From contig JAHDHZ010000001.1 in assembly GCA_020631045.1 (NCBI GenBank), positions 73,852 to 136,953 on the forward strand: a DNA stretch of 63,102 nt, in the 5' to 3' direction. This DNA comes from Flavobacteriales bacterium (GTDB taxonomy: Bacteria; Bacteroidota; Bacteroidia; Flavobacteriales_G; JALEGO01). A program made the translations under genes and the position numbers. Below are positions 58,994-63,102 of the stretch, piece after piece (position 1 is the stretch's first letter; every line of letters begins with the position of its first letter). The notes under the pieces were generated by a model. It saw nothing but the letters and a program-made list of their open reading frames with translations. It was not told where the DNA came from and searched no databases.

Positions 58994-60557
58994 GCGCAGA
59001 ACGTTTGCCATTATTTCTCACCCAGATGCTGGTAAGACAACCTTAACTGAAAAATTCTTACTCTTTGGTGGAGCCATTCAAACAGCTGGCGCAGTAAAAT
59101 CAAATAAGATTAAAAAAAGTGCTACCTCTGATTTTATGGAAATTGAGCGGCAAAGAGGTATTTCTGTTGCCACCTCTGTGATGAGTTTTGAATATCAAGA
59201 CACTTTGATCAACATCTTAGATACACCAGGCCACAAAGACTTTGCTGAAGATACTTACAGAACCTTAACTGCTGTTGACAGTGTGATTTTGGTGGTCGAT
59301 TGTGTTAAAGGCGTTGAAGCACAAACCAAAAAATTGATGGAGGTGTGCCGCATGCGTAACACTCCCGTAATTATATTTATCAATAAGCTTGATATGGAGG
59401 GCAGGGATCCTTTTGATTTACTAGATGAACTAGAAGAACACTTATCAATCAATGTGCGACCTTTGAGCTGGCCAATCAATATTGGTAAAGAATTTAAGGG
59501 CGTTTATAAGCTTTTTGATCATTCTGTTAATCTTTTTGACGCAAGCATTACTGACATTCAAGAAAACATCGTTGAAATCTCAGATATTCAGGATGCAAAA
59601 CTTGACCAAACAGTCGGTGAGCGTGATGCAAGTAAATTAAGAGAAGATGTTGAGCTGATTGAAGGGGTTTACGAGCCTTTTGATCAAGAGTTATACAAAG
59701 AAGGCTTACTAGCACCAGTATTTTTTGGCAGTGCACTCTATAATTTTGGCATTAAAGAGTTGTTAGAAAAATTCATAGAAATTGCGCCACTCCCTGGGCC
59801 AAGAAAAACATCAAACAGAGACATTACTCCAACTGAAGAAAAATTTTCTGGTTTTGTTTTTAAAATTCATGCCAATTTAGATCCTAATCACAGAGACCGT
59901 ATTGCTTTTTTAAGAGTCTGTTCAGGTACCTTTGAACGCAATAAGTTTTTCTATCATGTAAGAAATGAAAAAAAACTGCGCTTCTCAGCTCCTTTCTCGT
60001 TTATGGCTTCAAAAAGAGATATTGTTGAGCAGGCTTATGCCGGTGATGTGGTTGGATTGTATGACTCTGGCAATTTCAAAATTGGAGATACACTCACCGA
60101 AGGTGAAAAATTTTCATTCAAAGGCATGCCCAGCTTTTCTCCCGAACTCTTTCGAACGGTAGTAAATACCGATCCTATGAAAACCAAACAATTGCACAAG
60201 GGCTTAGAGCAGCTCTCAGAAGAAGGCGTAGCGCAACTTTTCACAAGGAAAATGGGCAATGCTCGAGTTATAGGAACAGTCGGAGAACTTCAATTTGAAG
60301 TCATTCAATACCGCTTGAAGCATGAATACAGTGCCTCTTGTAATTTTGAGCCTATGGCTGCACACAAGGCTTGCTGGATAACTTCTGAGAATGAACAGCA
60401 GCTCAATGATTTTTTACGCATCAAAGCCAGTAATATCTACACAGACAAAGATGGAAACATTGTCTTCATTGCTGATTCAGCTTGGGTACTTCAAAGTGCA
60501 CAAGAGCAATACTCTGACTTAGAATTTCATTTCAATTCAGACTTCATGCTAAATTAA
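58968..60557 (+). CDS. prfC: Peptide chain release factor 3
   Basis: 529 aa. It starts [20 protein letters not shown], with GTPase motifs DTPGH and NKLD. Confidence 0.93.
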   Translation: MSLIQQINKRRTFAIISHPDAGKTTLTEKFLLFGGAIQTAGAVKSNKIKKSATSDFMEIERQRGISVATSVMSFEYQDTLINILDTPGHKDFAEDTYRTLTAVDSVILVVDCVKGVEAQTKKLMEVCRMRNTPVIIFINKLDMEGRDPFDLLDELEEHLSINVRPLSWPINIGKEFKGVYKLFDHSVNLFDASITDIQENIVEISDIQDAKLDQTVGERDASKLREDVELIEGVYEPFDQELYKEGLLAPVFFGSALYNFGIKELLEKFIEIAPLPGPRKTSNRDITPTEEKFSGFVFKIHANLDPNHRDRIAFLRVCSGTFERNKFFYHVRNEKKLRFSAPFSFMASKRDIVEQAYAGDVVGLYDSGNFKIGDTLTEGEKFSFKGMPSFSPELFRTVVNTDPMKTKQLHKGLEQLSEEGVAQLFTRKMGNARVIGTVGELQFEVIQYRLKHEYSASCNFEPMAAHKACWITSENEQQLNDFLRIKASNIYTDKDGNIVFIADSAWVLQSAQEQYSDLEFHFNSDFMLN

Positions 60558-62824
60558 GAGCGTTTCTTCCACCTTAAAATAAGTACTGGCAAGAGAATTA
60601 AATCTGCAAATACGGCAAAAATAAGGGTTAAGCTAACCAGTAAACCAATATTGAAAATACTGTTAAAAGAAGCTCCTATGAGGGTTAAAAAACCAGCACT
60701 GGTAATTAAAGTGGTCACTAAAATTGCTTTGCCTGTAACATAATAAGTATGCTTTAAGGCAAATCCAACAGTGCTAAACTTTTTCAAATCTGCTTTGAGC
60801 TTGCTCAAGAAATGTATGGTATCATCTACAGCGATTCCAAAAGCAATAGTGAAAATAATAGAGGTTGAAATATTCAAGTACATACCAGTAAAGCCCATAA
60901 AAGCAGCAATCATAATCAACGGCAGAATGTTACAAACCAAAGAAATTACAATGATCCAAAAAGACCTATAAAGCAAGGCCATAATGATTGAAACCAAAAG
61001 AAATGAAATGCCCAATCCTTTGAACATATTCTCAATCAAATAGGCATTGTTTTTATCAATCAATTTAGCCATTCCTGTGACCTTGTAATTTAAATGTTCA
61101 GGTAAATTCTGACTTAAAAACTCAGTGAATCTCAAGTCTTTTTCGTCTGTGGCTTTTCCGCCCCAATCAGGAATCTTTCCAGTAAATCTTAAGCGCTGAT
61201 GATCTTGACTAATCAAGGTGTTCAAGCCCATTGATTTACTGCGTTTTTCAAGTTGTTTTTTAATGCGTAAAAACTCGGCCTCATTATTAGGGAAAACCCT
61301 TTGAGCAAGCGCTCCACCCTTTAAGAAACGATTGGTCTCTTTAATCAATTCAACCAAACTCAACTGAAGTTTTAAACCATATTGTTGATCTAAGTAATCT
61401 GATACTTGATTCAATTCAGAGAGGTCTTGATAATTAAACAAAGAACTGTCAGACCAAAGAGCAAATTCAAAAGGTCGGGCTCCTGAAAAATACTGTTCAA
61501 TATACAAATACCCTTTTTTCAAAGCATCTCGATCTGAAAGATCTTCTAATAAAAAATTATTTACTGTTAAACGCGAAATGCCAATCAAACAGACAAAAAC
61601 AAGAGCAATTGAGCCCACCATGATTTTCTTTTGATTTTTCAGTACTGTTAGAAACAGGAAGTCTAACAGAGATTTCCACCTATCGGTTTTTAAATGCTGC
61701 TCAGGAATAATACTTTTCTGAGCCAAATACAGCATAGCAGGTAATGATAGGTAGGTAATGATAAAGGCAATAAATACTCCTATTGAGGTGTACAGCCCAA
61801 AGGTTTGAACAGGTTCAATTTTAGCTGTAATTAAGGTTGCAAATCCAATGGCTGTGGTTAGTGAGGTTAAAAAAGTTGCCCAGCCAACCTCTTTAATGGT
61901 TTGTAAGATCGATTCATAATAGTTGTTTGAACCTCTTGCTAATTCAAAATAACGGGTATAGAAATGTATGGTATCAGAAACTCCTACAATAAATAAAATA
62001 GTGGGCATCAATGAAGCGATCACATCTATTTTTTCATCGCACAAGGCCATAATTGAAAACAGCCACAACAATGAGAGCGTGACCACATAAATAGGCACTA
62101 AAATGGCTCTTAAATTCTTAAAACTGAAAAACAAAAACAAGAGTACCAATAAAAAAGAGCTGGTCATAAAAATGCCCATCTGCCACTTGATTTTTTGAAT
62201 GTAGTAGAACTGCCCATGAATTTTTCCAGAATAAAATACTTGATCAAAATCAAGAGTAGAAACAGCTCTCTCAATTTGTATGAGCAGCGTATCAGAAGCC
62301 TTTTTCTTTAAATACTGCTCATGGTTGACCAATAAACAAATAGCAGGCTTACTTGAAGAAAACAACGCGCCATCTAAATGCTTTTCTTGAAAAATCTGAA
62401 TAGAATCTGCTTGCAAACGCTTAGCATCTAAATGAATGTAGGGTACTTTCATGGCTCCAAAAGGGCCCTTTATGTATCGAGCAATCGAGGTAGGAGAAAT
62501 CACAGAATGCACCAGCTCTAAGCGTTTAATTGAATCACTTAATGCTTTAACCTTATTTAAAAAATCAAGGTTAAATACCCCTTTTTTATTTTCAATTGAA
62601 ATAAGTAAAAAATCATTGTCTGACTCAAAGAGTGCTCTGTGCTCTAGGTAGAATTCTAAATCATCGTCTCCTTTAGGGAAAAAGCGCTCAAAATCATAAT
62701 TGAAAGCGAGTTTTGGTAAATGCATGGCTCCAAACAAAGTCACACAAAAAACTACAAGCAATACAATGCGGGCACTATTTTTAAGACTAAACATCTGTTG
62801 GTTACAAAAGTAGCACATAATCAA
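60554..62824 (-). CDS. RND-superfamily (MMPL/SSD-type) exporter
   Basis: 756 aa with two 5-6 TM bundles, each preceded by a large loop. Motifs are GVSDTIHF and [10 protein letters not shown]. The start is probably ATG 62794 ([11 protein letters not shown]..). Confidence 0.75.
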   Translation of the reverse strand: MIMCYFCNQQMFSLKNSARIVLLVVFCVTLFGAMHLPKLAFNYDFERFFPKGDDDLEFYLEHRALFESDNDFLLISIENKKGVFNLDFLNKVKALSDSIKRLELVHSVISPTSIARYIKGPFGAMKVPYIHLDAKRLQADSIQIFQEKHLDGALFSSSKPAICLLVNHEQYLKKKASDTLLIQIERAVSTLDFDQVFYSGKIHGQFYYIQKIKWQMGIFMTSSFLLVLLFLFFSFKNLRAILVPIYVVTLSLLWLFSIMALCDEKIDVIASLMPTILFIVGVSDTIHFYTRYFELARGSNNYYESILQTIKEVGWATFLTSLTTAIGFATLITAKIEPVQTFGLYTSIGVFIAFIITYLSLPAMLYLAQKSIIPEQHLKTDRWKSLLDFLFLTVLKNQKKIMVGSIALVFVCLIGISRLTVNNFLLEDLSDRDALKKGYLYIEQYFSGARPFEFALWSDSSLFNYQDLSELNQVSDYLDQQYGLKLQLSLVELIKETNRFLKGGALAQRVFPNNEAEFLRIKKQLEKRSKSMGLNTLISQDHQRLRFTGKIPDWGGKATDEKDLRFTEFLSQNLPEHLNYKVTGMAKLIDKNNAYLIENMFKGLGISFLLVSIIMALLYRSFWIIVISLVCNILPLIMIAAFMGFTGMYLNISTSIIFTIAFGIAVDDTIHFLSKLKADLKKFSTVGFALKHTYYVTGKAILVTTLITSAGFLTLIGASFNSIFNIGLLVSLTLIFAVFADLILLPVLILRWKKRS

Positions 62825-62846
62825 AGATTAAGTAGTCGAATACCTC

Positions 62847-62854
62847 TATATTTG
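62847..62854 (+). promoter_or_regulatory. Candidate -7 box (TATATTTG) abutting the inverted-repeat element
   Basis: Exact TAnnTTTG match on the plus strand, ending 1 nt before the left repeat arm and about 180 nt upstream of the next ATG. Confidence 0.3.
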
Positions 62855-63020
62855 TAAGAAATAGCTTAGGGTTTTTTGTGAAAATTATTATTGTAAAGAC
62901 TTTTTTGACTATCGATGAAACATTCAACGATAATAGCCTAGCTACTTGAGGCGAATGTTTCAAGATCAGACGAAAAAGAATTCATGAGAATTTTCACAAA
63001 AAACCCTAAGCTATTTCTTA
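62855..63020. repeat. 166-bp element with perfect 32-bp terminal inverted repeats (MITE-like or structured leader)
   Basis: Left arm TAAGAAATAGCTTAGGGTTTTTTGTGAAAATT (62855-62886) is the exact reverse complement of the right arm (62989-63020). The spacer is 102 nt and holds a nested 10-bp inverted repeat (62916-62925 and 62953-62962). Confidence 0.8.
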
Positions 63021-63032
63021 AAAGTCTAAACA

Positions 63033-63102
63033 ATGAAAATTACACCGATCAACACGGGTTACTTTAAGTTAGATGGAGGAGCTATGTTTGGAGTTGTTCC
63101 CA
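63033..63102 (+). CDS. MBL-fold metallo-hydrolase (5' end only, runs off window)
   Basis: MKITPINTGYFKLDGGAMFGVVP is a typical N-terminus of Bacteroidota MBL-fold hydrolases. Only 23 codons are visible. Confidence 0.55.
   Translation, partial: MKITPINTGYFKLDGGAMFGVVP

Noticed and set aside
1-63102. Search for defence, toxin-antitoxin, CRISPR-Cas, restriction-modification, retron or DGR, prophage or secondary-metabolite clusters
   Set aside because: I recognised no nuclease, helicase, reverse transcriptase, Cas, integrase, phage structural, PKS/NRPS or TA-like proteins. The methyltransferases present look like small-molecule or RNA enzymes, not DNA methyltransferases. Absence is judged by eye only.

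Overview
This is a 63.1-kb, AT-rich, very gene-dense chromosomal segment that looks like Bacteroidota, probably Flavobacteriia-like. Supporting signs are TAnnTTTG-type -7 promoter boxes, TonB-dependent receptors, both type A and type B T9SS C-terminal sorting domains, a lipoprotein-type Omp85 protein and a two-gene metH. I can support about 50 protein-coding genes, one tRNA (anticodon CAT), one cobalamin riboswitch and a few intrinsic terminators.

Most genes are housekeeping: rpmB, pyrE, fumC, Fe/Mn SOD, aroB, aroA, metH, HMG-CoA lyase, tsaC-like, CCA-adding enzyme, prolyl oligopeptidase, panD, purL and prfC. Genes are packed extremely tightly, and many neighbours overlap at their starts or stops, including convergent and divergent pairs.

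The only clearly accessory-looking block is 41.9-52.2 kb. It holds two tandem giant secreted adhesin-like genes of 1767 aa and 1635 aa, both with extensive internal repeat architecture.

I see no CRISPR array, prophage, IS or transposase, integrase, or recognisable defence or toxin system. I cannot honestly point to a self-evident novel multi-gene system. The best candidates for a second look are:
- a 166-bp element with perfect 32-bp inverted-repeat arms in the last intergenic region (62855-63020);
- the tandem T9SS cargo genes, which lack an adjacent PorP/SprF partner, and their higher-order repeats;
- a translationally overlapped four-gene operon of an Omp85 lipoprotein, a TMTC-like GT-C/TPR protein, a methyltransferase and a GT4 (19.8-26.1 kb);
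- a B12-riboswitch-controlled receptor plus lipoprotein operon (1-2500);
- an unlisted 50-aa membrane ORF wedged between pyrE and a methyltransferase.

All family assignments are from motif recognition by eye and need HMM or BLAST confirmation.
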